IMG/VR virus record: IMGVR_UViG_2579779116_000016
Coordinates: 1-42,915 of that record
Origin: a virus
Taxonomy: Duplodnaviria; Heunggongvirae; Uroviricota; Caudoviricetes
Reading direction: 5' to 3' (one strand)
Length of the DNA stretch: 42,915 nucleotides
In this document: positions 28,199-37,154 of the stretch, piece after piece
Position numbering within the stretch: position 1 is the stretch's first letter
Layout of the letters: each line of letters opens with the position of its first letter
Program-made: the position numbers and the translations under genes
The notes under the pieces: generated by a model
What the model was told of the DNA's origin: nothing
Seen by the model: only the letters and a program-made list of their open reading frames with translations
The model's database searches: none

Positions 28199-28722
28199 GC
28201 CGCCCTCCTGACGCCCTGCCCGATCGCCATCAATGCCGCTTTGGATACGGTAGTAAACATCCGTCGAGGACTGATGAACGGTCGCCAAATCAGCAGCATG
28301 GAGCCTTTGCTGTTTCCCTTCTTCTCCAGCCCTGTCGATGGTTCGATAAAATTAATCCGTCCATCAGTGATAATGCGAACTTCGTCGACACTCTCCAGAG
28401 CCTTGCTGAACCATCCGACTGACATATCCTCTGGCACAAGCATAACTACCGTCTGTCGCTGTTGTATGCACTGCTCAGCGGCTTTTTCCACCCACGGCCT
28501 GATATTGCTGTACGGTGGGTTATTCCAGATTGCACCGTGGCTTATCCACTCAGAATTTAGCGCGTCGTCGGCCTCAGTTAGCCAGTGAGCACACAGAGCA
28601 TTTTTGTCGCTCGCTGCCGAATCCAGCCAGAATCCAAACTCAATATCCAGTGCATCAAAAAGCCAAAGCGGCGTTTGCCAGCAGTCCTTGTCGTGTGCTG
28701 GCGTATTTGATTTGATAGTCAT
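28195..28722 (-). CDS. Orphan phage DNA N6-adenine methyltransferase (Dam-like)
   Basis: About 175 aa from internal ATG ([22 protein letters not shown]...); NPPY motif (IWNNPPYS); no adjacent restriction endonuclease gene. Confidence 0.7.
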   Translation of the reverse strand: MTIKSNTPAHDKDCWQTPLWLFDALDIEFGFWLDSAASDKNALCAHWLTEADDALNSEWISHGAIWNNPPYSNIRPWVEKAAEQCIQQRQTVVMLVPEDMSVGWFSKALESVDEVRIITDGRINFIEPSTGLEKKGNSKGSMLLIWRPFISPRRMFTTVSKAALMAIGQGVRRAA

Positions 28723-29159
28723 GCAGCCCGATCTCCCCATCGCGCTTTCCATTCGAGAGCCAGTCGCGCTTCGTCTGACCACTTAACGCCACGCTCTGTA
28801 CCGAATGCCTGTATAAGCTCTAATAGCTCCGCAAATTCGCCTACACGCATCCTGCTGGTTGACTGGCCTATTACCACAAAGCCATTCCCGGCAAGGTTAG
28901 GAACAACATCCTGCTGCTTTAATGCTGCGGTAAACACACACTTCCAGCTTTCTGCATCCAGCCAGCGACCATGCCATTCAACCTGACGAGAGACGTCACC
29001 AAGGCAAGCCCAAAGCTTTCGATTCTGGTCTAAGCTGCGGTTGCGTTCCTGAATGGTTACTACGATTGGTTTGGTTGGGTCTGGAAGAATTTGCTGTACT
29101 GCGTGAATAGCGTTTTGCTGATGTGCTGGAGATCGAATTTCAAAGGTTAGTTTTTTCAT
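28719..29159 (-). CDS. ninB: NinB (Orf-family recombination mediator)
   Basis: 146 aa MKKLTFEIRSPAHQQNAIHAVQQILPDPTKPIVVTIQERNRSLDQNRKLWA..., lambda NinB-like. Confidence 0.9.
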   Translation of the reverse strand: MKKLTFEIRSPAHQQNAIHAVQQILPDPTKPIVVTIQERNRSLDQNRKLWACLGDVSRQVEWHGRWLDAESWKCVFTAALKQQDVVPNLAGNGFVVIGQSTSRMRVGEFAELLELIQAFGTERGVKWSDEARLALEWKARWGDRAA

Positions 29160-29232
29160 GACTTCCCTCTCCCCCAAATAAAAAGGCCTGCGATTATCAG
29201 CAGGCCTGTTATTAACTCAGTGATGTAGATGG

Positions 29233-29523
29233 TCATTGCCTTACCTCCATAAGCGCCCTATTAATAAACGCCGTCATTGGATTTGCACATCCCCACCCCG
29301 TACCATCTGGATTTCTTTTAATTGGCTCCTTCTTCACTTTGCGCTTTGCATAAATAACCGTCTTCCACTTACGCTCAACAACACTCAAATGCCCTTGTTT
29401 CACCATATGCCTTGCTGCTTGAGCGATTCTGTTATTTGGTATTCCGGTGATCAGAGCTAATTCATGTGGGGAGAATTGTTCATGAGTTTTCAGATATTCC
29501 AGGATGATTTCTTTTCCAGTCAC
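29233..29523 (-). CDS. ren: Ren-like protein
   Basis: 96 aa, GTG start; MTGKE.I..YL.TH..F....A.TG......QAA..M...G.L resembles lambda Ren. Confidence 0.65.
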   Translation of the reverse strand: MTGKEIILEYLKTHEQFSPHELALITGIPNNRIAQAARHMVKQGHLSVVERKWKTVIYAKRKVKKEPIKRNPDGTGWGCANPMTAFINRALMEVRQ

Positions 29524-30413
29524 GATCTGCTCCTGTAACTATCCCATGTAAACGCAAGAGTGCACCCGCCGCCATCATTCATCCTGTCAATAACACGCTC
29601 ACCAATGAATGCCGAAAGTTCATCTTTGCTCTGATTACTAATCAGGATTGTTGGCTTCATGTATTCATATCTGGTATTGATAATTTCGAACATGATTAGC
29701 TTTTCAGCATCACTGCCGAACTGCACGCCAACCTCATCGATTATTAACAAGTCAGGATGCGTAAATTGCCTAATGACTTCTTCTTCAGTTCTGGTTGCGG
29801 CCTTAGACCATGTTGATTTGTACTCTCTGGCAATTTTCAACGCAGTGGTAAATATCACAGAGCTTTGATGCTCGATAATGGCGTGCCTAGCGATAGCCAG
29901 TGCAAGGTGGTTCTTTCCAGTTCCAGGCTTACCACACATGACCAGTCCACCACCTTTTTGAAGGCGTTCAGGCCACTTACTGGCATATGCCTGGCATACC
30001 TTAAGAACTCGCTTTGCATCATCGTTAACAGGCTCATAATTCTGAAGAGTGCAATTTTTGAACCTCTCTGGAATATTGAGAGAATTCAACAAGTATTCAA
30101 TTTTTGATTGTCTTGCTCTTTGTTCTGCCTGCTCACATTCAATCTCTTTCTTACGAATTTTCTCCTCAAGGCACTGTGGGCACTCAGATTTACTTGAAGT
30201 AATTCTTTTTCCTGAGATGGTCAGATATTTCTCATAGGAAGTATATTTACCGTGTTTCTCGCACTCTTCCACTGTGCTGGTAACTGACATTCCATCTGAT
30301 GCTGATCCAATTTTGCTAAACTCAAGTTTCTGTTTCAGATCAGAAATGTCATTGATTTTTGAGTCTACAAGTTGCCTTTGCAGTGCCAGATTGTAACCAT
30401 TTGTCGTATTCAT
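29520..30413 (-). CDS. Replication helicase loader, DnaC/IstB-like AAA+ ATPase (occupies the lambda P position)
   Basis: Walker A GKPGTGKNHLALAIA and Walker B LLIIDEVG; ATG at 30413 has an AGGAG RBS (track ORF starts at an upstream ATG 30431 that overlaps O). Confidence 0.85.
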   Translation of the reverse strand: MNTTNGYNLALQRQLVDSKINDISDLKQKLEFSKIGSASDGMSVTSTVEECEKHGKYTSYEKYLTISGKRITSSKSECPQCLEEKIRKKEIECEQAEQRARQSKIEYLLNSLNIPERFKNCTLQNYEPVNDDAKRVLKVCQAYASKWPERLQKGGGLVMCGKPGTGKNHLALAIARHAIIEHQSSVIFTTALKIAREYKSTWSKAATRTEEEVIRQFTHPDLLIIDEVGVQFGSDAEKLIMFEIINTRYEYMKPTILISNQSKDELSAFIGERVIDRMNDGGGCTLAFTWDSYRSRS

Positions 30414-30415
30414 AT

Positions 30416-31261
30416 TCACTCCTGCGCCCATGAAGGCATTTCAGTTTGCCCGTAATCTTTGGCGGCAAAGTTTTCCTGCATAGCTCGATGCTGCGGCCTC
30501 GGTTGAGATTTCCCCTTTGGAGTCTTGGGCTCAAAAATCCCCTGCCAACCACTGGCGATGCTCTGGTTTATAATTTCTTCAGGTGTATATCCCTTCTCCA
30601 GACTTCTGCTTAGAACGTTGATAGCCTGAGTGACACTTTGCTTAGACTTGATCGACTTACCTATCTCCTTGCGATAGGTAACCCACGACAACCATGTTTC
30701 TGCTGATAACCAATCAGGCAACTCTGTTTCTAGCGGGTCGAACTTCTGAGAAACTTTTTTGGGGGATATAGGGGGGTTATTAATATTTTCTTTTGTCTTT
30801 AAAGAATGTCTTTTGTGTGTCTCTAACTTCGAGACATTGAGTGTCTCTAATTTGGAGACATTTTTTGTCTCTAACTTCGAGACAAAGTTGCTAACTTGGA
30901 GACACTTGCTGAATTGCCACGCAGATACCTCCCTGTTTACACCGATTTTATTTCCATCCATAAACAGGCAATTCATTGAAATCAGTTCTTTTTTAGCCTT
31001 GTTAACATTCTGCCTTGACAGTCCTGTTAACTGAGCAATTTGCTCATCGGCTATTCGATCTGTTTTCTTATTGAAGCCATATGTTTTCCGGACGTAGGCC
31101 AGCATAACTTTCAACTGGCGAGCGGTTAAATCGGCACTTGCGATAGCTTCCAGCAGCTCGTTAGCGAATCTGGTGTAACCATCATCGATATCAGCCACTC
31201 TTAGCTCCTGTTCGGCAAAGTTACCTCTGCCGAAGTTGAGTATTTTTGCTGTATTTGTCAT
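30416..31261 (-). CDS. O: Replication initiator, lambda O-like N-terminal domain, with internal origin iterons
   Basis: 281 aa; N-terminus MTNTAKILNFGRGNFAEQELRVADIDDGY...LTARQ.KV.LA..RKTYG.NK..DRI.D.Q matches lambda O; iterons lie inside the coding sequence. Confidence 0.85.
   Translation of the reverse strand: MTNTAKILNFGRGNFAEQELRVADIDDGYTRFANELLEAIASADLTARQLKVMLAYVRKTYGFNKKTDRIADEQIAQLTGLSRQNVNKAKKELISMNCLFMDGNKIGVNREVSAWQFSKCLQVSNFVSKLETKNVSKLETLNVSKLETHKRHSLKTKENINNPPISPKKVSQKFDPLETELPDWLSAETWLSWVTYRKEIGKSIKSKQSVTQAINVLSRSLEKGYTPEEIINQSIASGWQGIFEPKTPKGKSQPRPQHRAMQENFAAKDYGQTEMPSWAQE
30818..30904. repeat. Replication origin iterons: four ~19-bp inverted-repeat units (TGTCTC-N7-GAGACA) at 24-bp spacing, followed by an AT-rich stretch
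   Basis: Units at about 30818, 30842, 30866 and 30888; adjacent AT-rich segment 30781-30815; located within the O-like gene as in ori-lambda but with a different iteron sequence. Confidence 0.75.
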
Positions 31262-31293
31262 AATGACTCCTGTGGATTGATCCAGTAATTCCC

Positions 31294-31587
31294 TCAGAAT
31301 TCCATTTGTATTTGTTCAGAACGCTCGGTTGCCGCCGGGCGTTTTTTATTGGTGAGAATCGAAGCAACTTGTCGTGCCAATCGAGCCATATCGTCGTCAA
31401 CGACGCCCCATTCAAGAACAGCAAGCAGCATTGAGAACTTTGGAATCCAGTCCCTCTTCCACCTGCTGATCTGCGACTTATCAACTCCCACAGCTTCCGC
31501 TGTCTTCTCAGTTCCAAGCATTGCGATTTTGTTAAGCAACGCACTCTCGATTCGTAGAGCCTCGTTGCGTTTGTTTGCACGAACCAT
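31294..31587 (-). CDS. cII: CII transcriptional activator
   Basis: 97 aa MVRANKRNEALRIESALLNKIAMLGTEKTAEAVGVDKSQISRWKRDWIPKF..., lambda CII. Confidence 0.95.
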   Translation of the reverse strand: MVRANKRNEALRIESALLNKIAMLGTEKTAEAVGVDKSQISRWKRDWIPKFSMLLAVLEWGVVDDDMARLARQVASILTNKKRPAATERSEQIQMEF

Positions 31588-31705
31588 ATGTAAGTATTTC
31601 CTTAGATAACAATTGATTGAATGCATGCAAATAAATGCATACACCATAAGTGTGGTTTAATTTGATGCCCTTTTTCAGGGCTGGGATGTGTAAGAGCGGG
31701 GTTAT

Positions 31706-31915
<210 letters not shown>

Positions 31916-31932
31916 TTAGTACATGCAACTAT

Positions 31933-31996
31933 TATCACCGCTAGAGGTAAAATAGTCAACACGCACGGTGTTAGATATTTATCCCTTGCGGTGATA
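31933..31996. promoter_or_regulatory. Right operator oR1-oR2-oR3 with PR/PRM
   Basis: TATCACCGCTAGAGGTA (31933-31949), CAACACGCACGGTGTTA (31957-31973), TATCCCTTGCGGTGATA (31980-31996); lambda operator half-sites between cro and cI. Confidence 0.85.
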
Positions 31997-32003
31997 GATT
32001 TAA

Positions 32004-32720
<717 letters not shown>

Positions 32721-32806
32721 GTCTGCAGCAAGAGACTTTATACGCATCTAGATGTAGGAAATAAAAAAGAAGATCCCTACAATAAAAATAAGGAAATCAT
32801 TAAGAT

Positions 32807-33712
32807 ATGTCGATTAACAGCAATAGCGAATCCCTGCATCAAATGCAGCTTTTCCCTGTAGTAGAGGTTGTTTCTGATGATATTCCTATGGGCGTTCTCA
32901 ATGATGGAACTCCTTACCTAACTCTCTACGGTCTCGCAAAGTTATGCGGCATTGATGACACGCCACTGAGGGTGTTCACATCAAACTGGAACACAGAGAA
33001 AAACAAACCCAGAGGTCAAAAAGTAGCTGCGTATTTAGCTGAGAAAGGGTTTCATAACGTCGAAAAGCTATACACTCGCGTTATAAATAGCTCAAACGTG
33101 GAAACTCATGCTTATCCTGACTATGTTTGCATGGCTATCCTCCGTTACTACGCTCTAGATGCCACCAATTTTGATAGGTCAGTCGCAATAGGTAATTTTG
33201 TTCGCTTGGCTGAGTACACGCTTAAGCGAATGATTTATGAAAAGTCAAATTACAACCCAAATGCTTCAATAGATATCTCATTCGAGAACTATAGAGCAAG
33301 GATTAAACTAAACGATCAGATACCGACAACTCATTTTGCAGTATTCAGAGAGATAGCTGACATTGCCATGAACCTGATCGGAGGAGGATTCCCAATGGAT
33401 GACACCACATCTTTGGATGGAAGTGTTGGAATTCACTGGGGAAAGTATTGGACAGCTAATAGGCTATCTGAGAAATTCGGGGAAAGGGTGCAGTACCAAC
33501 ATCTATTCCCCGAAAATTACAGGCAGTCAGCTGCAAATAAGCATATAACAGCTTGGATTTATCCTATTGAGGCACTTGGCGTGTTCAGAAAATGGCTACA
33601 CGATAATTACGCAATGGAAAAACTGCCAAATTACCTTGGGAACAAAAAGATTAGTAACGCCTCCGAGCTATTAGAGTCGATAAAAAAACCAGCACTCCCA
33701 AATAAGCATTGA
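32807..33712 (+). CDS. Uncharacterised 301-aa protein occupying the rexA/rexB slot downstream of cI; candidate lysogen-expressed exclusion/defence gene
   Basis: AT-rich ORF 87 bp after cI stop, followed by an intrinsic terminator and oL/pL; N-terminal ~120 aa weakly resemble a Bro-N-type domain (DG.PY...LAKLCGI...), C-terminal half unassigned. Confidence 0.7.
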   Translation: MSINSNSESLHQMQLFPVVEVVSDDIPMGVLNDGTPYLTLYGLAKLCGIDDTPLRVFTSNWNTEKNKPRGQKVAAYLAEKGFHNVEKLYTRVINSSNVETHAYPDYVCMAILRYYALDATNFDRSVAIGNFVRLAEYTLKRMIYEKSNYNPNASIDISFENYRARIKLNDQIPTTHFAVFREIADIAMNLIGGGFPMDDTTSLDGSVGIHWGKYWTANRLSEKFGERVQYQHLFPENYRQSAANKHITAWIYPIEALGVFRKWLHDNYAMEKLPNYLGNKKISNASELLESIKKPALPNKH

Positions 33713-33724
33713 TCTCTACCACAA

Positions 33725-33750
33725 CCCGGCATCTGCGCCGGGTTTTCTTT
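33725..33750 (+). terminator. Intrinsic terminator downstream of the rex-slot gene (timm-equivalent)
   Basis: CCCGGC-ATCTGC-GCCGGG followed by TTTTCTTT. Confidence 0.6.
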
Positions 33751-33904
33751 GCCTAACCCACCACCCAAAAAAAACACATAACCAATTGTATTTATTTTAA
33801 AATTAATAGATACAACTCACTATACATCGCAATTCAGATCTCTCGATCACCTCCCAAGCCACACAACCCTGCAAAAAATAAATCCATATAAAAAACATAC
33901 AGAT

Positions 33905-33967
33905 AACCATCTGCGGTGATAAATTATCTCTGGCGGTGTTGACATAAATACCACTGGCGGTGATACT
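33905..33967. promoter_or_regulatory. Left operator oL3-oL2-oL1 and pL promoter
   Basis: AACCATCTGCGGTGATA, TATCTCTGGCGGTGTTG, TACCACTGGCGGTGATA with TTGACA (33939-33944) and GATACT (33962-33967); lambda-type. Confidence 0.85.
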
Positions 33968-34006
33968 AAACACATCAGCAGGACGCACTAACCACCATGA
34001 AGGTGA

Positions 34007-34037
34007 TGCTCTTAAAAATTAAGCCCTGAAGAAGGGC
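34007..34037 (+). promoter_or_regulatory. nutL (boxA and boxB hairpin GCCCTGAAGAAGGGC)
   Basis: boxA-like GCTCTTA followed by the lambda boxB stem-loop at 34023-34037. Confidence 0.7.
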
Positions 34038-34220
34038 AGCATTCAAAGCAGAAGGCTTTGGGGTGTGGTGAAGCTCAACGGCGAGCTAGGGAATAGTTTT
34101 GCGGTGAAGATTCTAGACAACTAACCGCAGGATGCGCGTAACCCAATCGGCAGCGCACCGATGGAAGCTGGTTCGACTCCAGCCACCACACCACCAAAGC
34201 TAACTGACAGGAGAATCCAG

Positions 34221-34553
34221 ATGGATGCACAAACACGCCGCCGCGAACGTCGCGCAGAGAAACAGGCTCAATGGAAAGCAGCAAATCCCCTGTTGGTTGG
34301 GGTAAGCGCAAAGCCAGTTAACCGCCCTATTCTCTCGCTGAATCGCAAACCGAAATCACGAGTAGAAAGCGCACTGAATCCGATAGACCTTACGGTGCTG
34401 GCTGAATACCACGAACAGATTGAAAGCAACCTGCAGCGTATTGAGCGCAAGAATCAGCGCACATGGTACAGCAAGCCACGCAGTGAAATGGGTGTGACTT
34501 GTGTTGGTCGCCAGAAAATGAAATTAGGCAGCAAACCACTGTATGAGGGGTGA
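34221..34553 (+). CDS. N: Antiterminator N
   Basis: Internal ATG giving MDAQTRRRERRAEKQAQWKAANPLLVGVSAKPVNRPILSLNRKPKSRVESALNPIDL..., lambda N; C-terminal ~20 aa diverge. Confidence 0.9.
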   Translation: MDAQTRRRERRAEKQAQWKAANPLLVGVSAKPVNRPILSLNRKPKSRVESALNPIDLTVLAEYHEQIESNLQRIERKNQRTWYSKPRSEMGVTCVGRQKMKLGSKPLYEG

Positions 34554-34556
34554 TAT

Positions 34557-34922
34557 ATGGAAGAACAAGCAAACAAGATTCTCGTAGAACTACTGCAAAA
34601 AGCCAGCAATGGAATAGACGCGGCTGTTTCATTTAGCCAGGCACAGATTCCTGATGTCATCCATCAGCTTTTGATGTGGCACGCCGTATCATCAGCTGGA
34701 ATTCAGGCTATCTGTGTATTGGTGATTATAGCGTGTGTTTATCTGATGATTTTTGCATGGAATAAAGGAGATGATGCAGATATTGTTATTTTATCACTAC
34801 TTGTCACATCAGGAATAGCGATTACTTCTATTGTTGTTTTCTTCAATTATTTCGACTGGCTGAAAATTTGGCTTGCTCCAAAACTTTACCTTATCGAATA
34901 TGCAGCATCATTGGTTAAGTAA
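34557..34922 (+). CDS. Small two-TM membrane protein immediately downstream of N (ral/sieB slot)
   Basis: 121 aa; hydrophobic segments AGIQAICVLVIIACVYLMIFAW and IVILSLLVTSGIAITSIVVFF; starts 4 bp after N stop. Confidence 0.6.
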   Translation: MEEQANKILVELLQKASNGIDAAVSFSQAQIPDVIHQLLMWHAVSSAGIQAICVLVIIACVYLMIFAWNKGDDADIVILSLLVTSGIAITSIVVFFNYFDWLKIWLAPKLYLIEYAASLVK

Positions 34923-35110
34923 TTTCAGGACGCATAGTCGGCCTTTATTTTTGGCACAAACAACAGAATAAACACTGCACTGTGTATTCATTCCAACGAG
35001 TGAATACACGGAGCAATGTCGCTCGTAACTAAACAGGAGCCGACTTGTTCTGATTATTGGAAATCTTCTTTGCCCTCCAGTGTGAGGGCAATTTTTTTGA
35101 CGGAGGATAT

Positions 35111-35422
35111 ATGAAATTACGTGTCTGGCATATCCCGCAAGTACCTATGAAACCGTTCATTGTAGAAGTGGCAAGTGTTGAAGAGGGTGTTCGCCTGATG
35201 GACGCACTGGCTGATTATGACGCCTTTCAGTATGACAACAACATCAAGCCTGATTACTGCAATGCTAACGGCCTTGAGATGTGGGATGAGAGCCTTACCG
35301 ATGAAGATTTATCAGAGATGGGGCTTACTGATCGCTGGGTGGATTGGTACAGCGAATGCCAATGTTACGACGACCCACGTAAATATCTCGAAAGCCTGAA
35401 AGAAGAAACATCAGCCGCCTAA
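35111..35422 (+). CDS. Small acidic protein (about 103 aa), pL operon
   Basis: ATG at 35111 with GGAGG RBS; 23 Asp/Glu versus 9 Lys/Arg by count; no family assigned. Confidence 0.5.
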   Translation: MKLRVWHIPQVPMKPFIVEVASVEEGVRLMDALADYDAFQYDNNIKPDYCNANGLEMWDESLTDEDLSEMGLTDRWVDWYSECQCYDDPRKYLESLKEETSAA

Positions 35423-35497
35423 GCGCGGCTTTACCGCATACCAATAACGCTTCACTCGAGGCGTTTTCGTTATGCAATCAAACAGAAGGAGCATCCT

Positions 35498-35668
35498 ATG
35501 CAACAGTTCGCTATTGCAGGGGCGGCATCGGTTCGCCCTTTCAACCCGATTTTATCGGTACAGCATTCACGAAAAAATATTTTAACCGGAGCAGACTTTA
35601 AACAACCAAGAATGAAAAGTTTGCTCGAAAAGCTTTGGGATATTTTGAAACAACAAGGCCGTCCATGA
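35498..35668 (+). CDS. CIII-like small protein (candidate FtsH inhibitor)
   Basis: 56-aa ORF with AGGAG RBS, MQQFAIAG...SLLEKLWDILKQQGRP, resembling lambda CIII (MQYAIAG...SLLERI...LIDILNQPG); below ORF-track cutoff. Confidence 0.5.
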   Translation: MQQFAIAGAASVRPFNPILSVQHSRKNILTGADFKQPRMKSLLEKLWDILKQQGRP

Positions 35669-35835
35669 GTTTTACAGATAACTGGTCAGACGAAGAATTC
35701 ATTCGTCAGATGAAAGAATTAATCGGTAACGAAGGAGATATTCATGTCACTTGCAACCACAGTGAAGGAGAGCAAGTTACAGAGGCGCATGTACACGCAG
35801 CAGGCGTTAATGTATCGCCAGAAGGGAGATCGTGA
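35665..35835 (+). CDS. Small hypothetical protein in the kil position
   Basis: ATGA overlap with preceding stop; 56 aa MSFTDNWSDEEFIRQMKELIGNEGDIHVTCNHSEGEQ... Confidence 0.35.
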   Translation: MSFTDNWSDEEFIRQMKELIGNEGDIHVTCNHSEGEQVTEAHVHAAGVNVSPEGRS

Positions 35836-35922
35836 AGGTGTTCGCGTATTTTTGAATGCGGCAAAGACTGAAGTATTAAATCAGCGTTATTTCCTTGGGC
35901 CGTGTCCATTCTGAGGTGAATT

Positions 35923-36630
35923 ATGGATTTGAACAAATTCGATGAGCCATTCAGCCCTGAAGATATCGAATGGCGAATACAGCAAAGCGGTAAAACACGC
36001 GATGGCAAGGTGTGGGCTATGGTGCTGGCTTATGTCACGAACCGGGCAATCATGAAGCGCCTGGACGATGTTTGCGGCAAAGCAGGATGGCGCAATGAAT
36101 ACCGCGATATTCCCAACAACGGCGGAGTTGAATGCGGCATATCAATAAAGATTGATTCCGAATGGGTAACCAAATGGGATGCTGCTGAAAACACGCAGGT
36201 AGAAGCCGTCAAAGGCGGTCGTTCCGGTGCAATGAAGCGCGCTGCCGTTCAGTGGGGAATCGGTCGGTATCTGTATAACCTTGAGGAAGGTTTTGCACAA
36301 ACATCTCTCGATAAAAAGCAGGGATGGCACAGGGCAAAACTCAAGGATGGAACAGGATTTTACTGGCTCCCTCCATCGCTGCCGGGATGGGCAATCCCAG
36401 CATCAGATAACAAACCATCACCAGAAAATACCAACCAGAAATCTCCATCGGTTGACTGCGAACAAATCCTGAAAGACTTCAGCGATTATGCGTCAACAGA
36501 AACTGACAAGAAAAAACTCATCGAGCGTTATCAGCGTGACTGGCAATTAATGGCTGGCAACGAGGAGGCGCAGGCTAAATGCGTTCAGGTAATGAACATC
36601 AGAGTTAACGAACTAAAACAGGCGGCATAA
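35923..36630 (+). CDS. Single-strand annealing recombinase, Rad52-like
   Basis: 235 aa; GWRNEY...GISIKIDSEWVTKWDAAE.TQVEA.KGG.S.AMKRAAVQWGIGRYLY pattern; located upstream of ssb and exonuclease genes. Confidence 0.6.
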   Translation: MDLNKFDEPFSPEDIEWRIQQSGKTRDGKVWAMVLAYVTNRAIMKRLDDVCGKAGWRNEYRDIPNNGGVECGISIKIDSEWVTKWDAAENTQVEAVKGGRSGAMKRAAVQWGIGRYLYNLEEGFAQTSLDKKQGWHRAKLKDGTGFYWLPPSLPGWAIPASDNKPSPENTNQKSPSVDCEQILKDFSDYASTETDKKKLIERYQRDWQLMAGNEEAQAKCVQVMNIRVNELKQAA

Positions 36631-37146
36631 ATGGCAAGCAGAGGCGTAAATAAGGTGATCATTATTGGTCGCCTTGGGCATGATCCAGAAATCAGATATT
36701 CACCATCAGGAACGGCATTTGCAAACCTTACCGTTGCTACGTCAGAACAATGGCGTGATAAGAAAACTGGAGAGCAAAAGGAGCAGACGGAGTGGCACCG
36801 CGTGGTAATGAGCGGGAAACTGGCAGAAATTGCCAGCGAATATCTGCGAAAAGGCTCTGAGGTTTATCTTGAAGGCAAATTGCGGACAAGAAAATGGCAG
36901 GATCAAAGCGGACAGGATCGGTTCACTACCGAAGTCATCGTGGGCGTTGGTGGAACCATGCAAATGCTTGGTGGCAAGCAAGGAGGCAATGAACAGTCTT
37001 CACCTCAGCGAAATAATGGTCAGCAACAAAGACAGCAACCTCAGCAGCAGGGAAATCACAGCGAACCACCTATGGATTTTGACGACGATATCCCCTTTGC
37101 ACCAGTAACTCTCCCCTTCCCTCGTCACGCTATTCACGCAATTTAA
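36631..37146 (+). CDS. ssb: Single-stranded DNA-binding protein
   Basis: 171 aa; OB-fold N-terminus [44 protein letters not shown]...EWHRVV; Gly/Gln-rich linker; acidic tail DFDDDIPF. Confidence 0.9.
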   Translation: MASRGVNKVIIIGRLGHDPEIRYSPSGTAFANLTVATSEQWRDKKTGEQKEQTEWHRVVMSGKLAEIASEYLRKGSEVYLEGKLRTRKWQDQSGQDRFTTEVIVGVGGTMQMLGGKQGGNEQSSPQRNNGQQQRQQPQQQGNHSEPPMDFDDDIPFAPVTLPFPRHAIHAI

Positions 37147-37154
37147 GGACTTAC

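Noticed and set aside
28064-28588. 174-aa plus-strand ORF across ninE and the Dam-like gene
   Set aside because: Antisense to two genes with recognisable family motifs; no start context.
30818-30904. Regularly spaced short repeats that could be mistaken for a CRISPR array
   Set aside because: Only four units, 24-bp period with no unique spacers, inverted-repeat structure, located inside the replication initiator gene next to an AT-rich stretch: these are origin iterons.
34150-34200. tRNA-like T-arm motif GCTGG-TTCGACT-CCAGC in the pL leader just upstream of N
   Set aside because: Perfect T-stem/loop-like hairpin, but no matching acceptor stem at tRNA distance (nearest complementary 7-mer is over 120 nt away) and no D or anticodon arms; more likely a leader hairpin of the N transcript.
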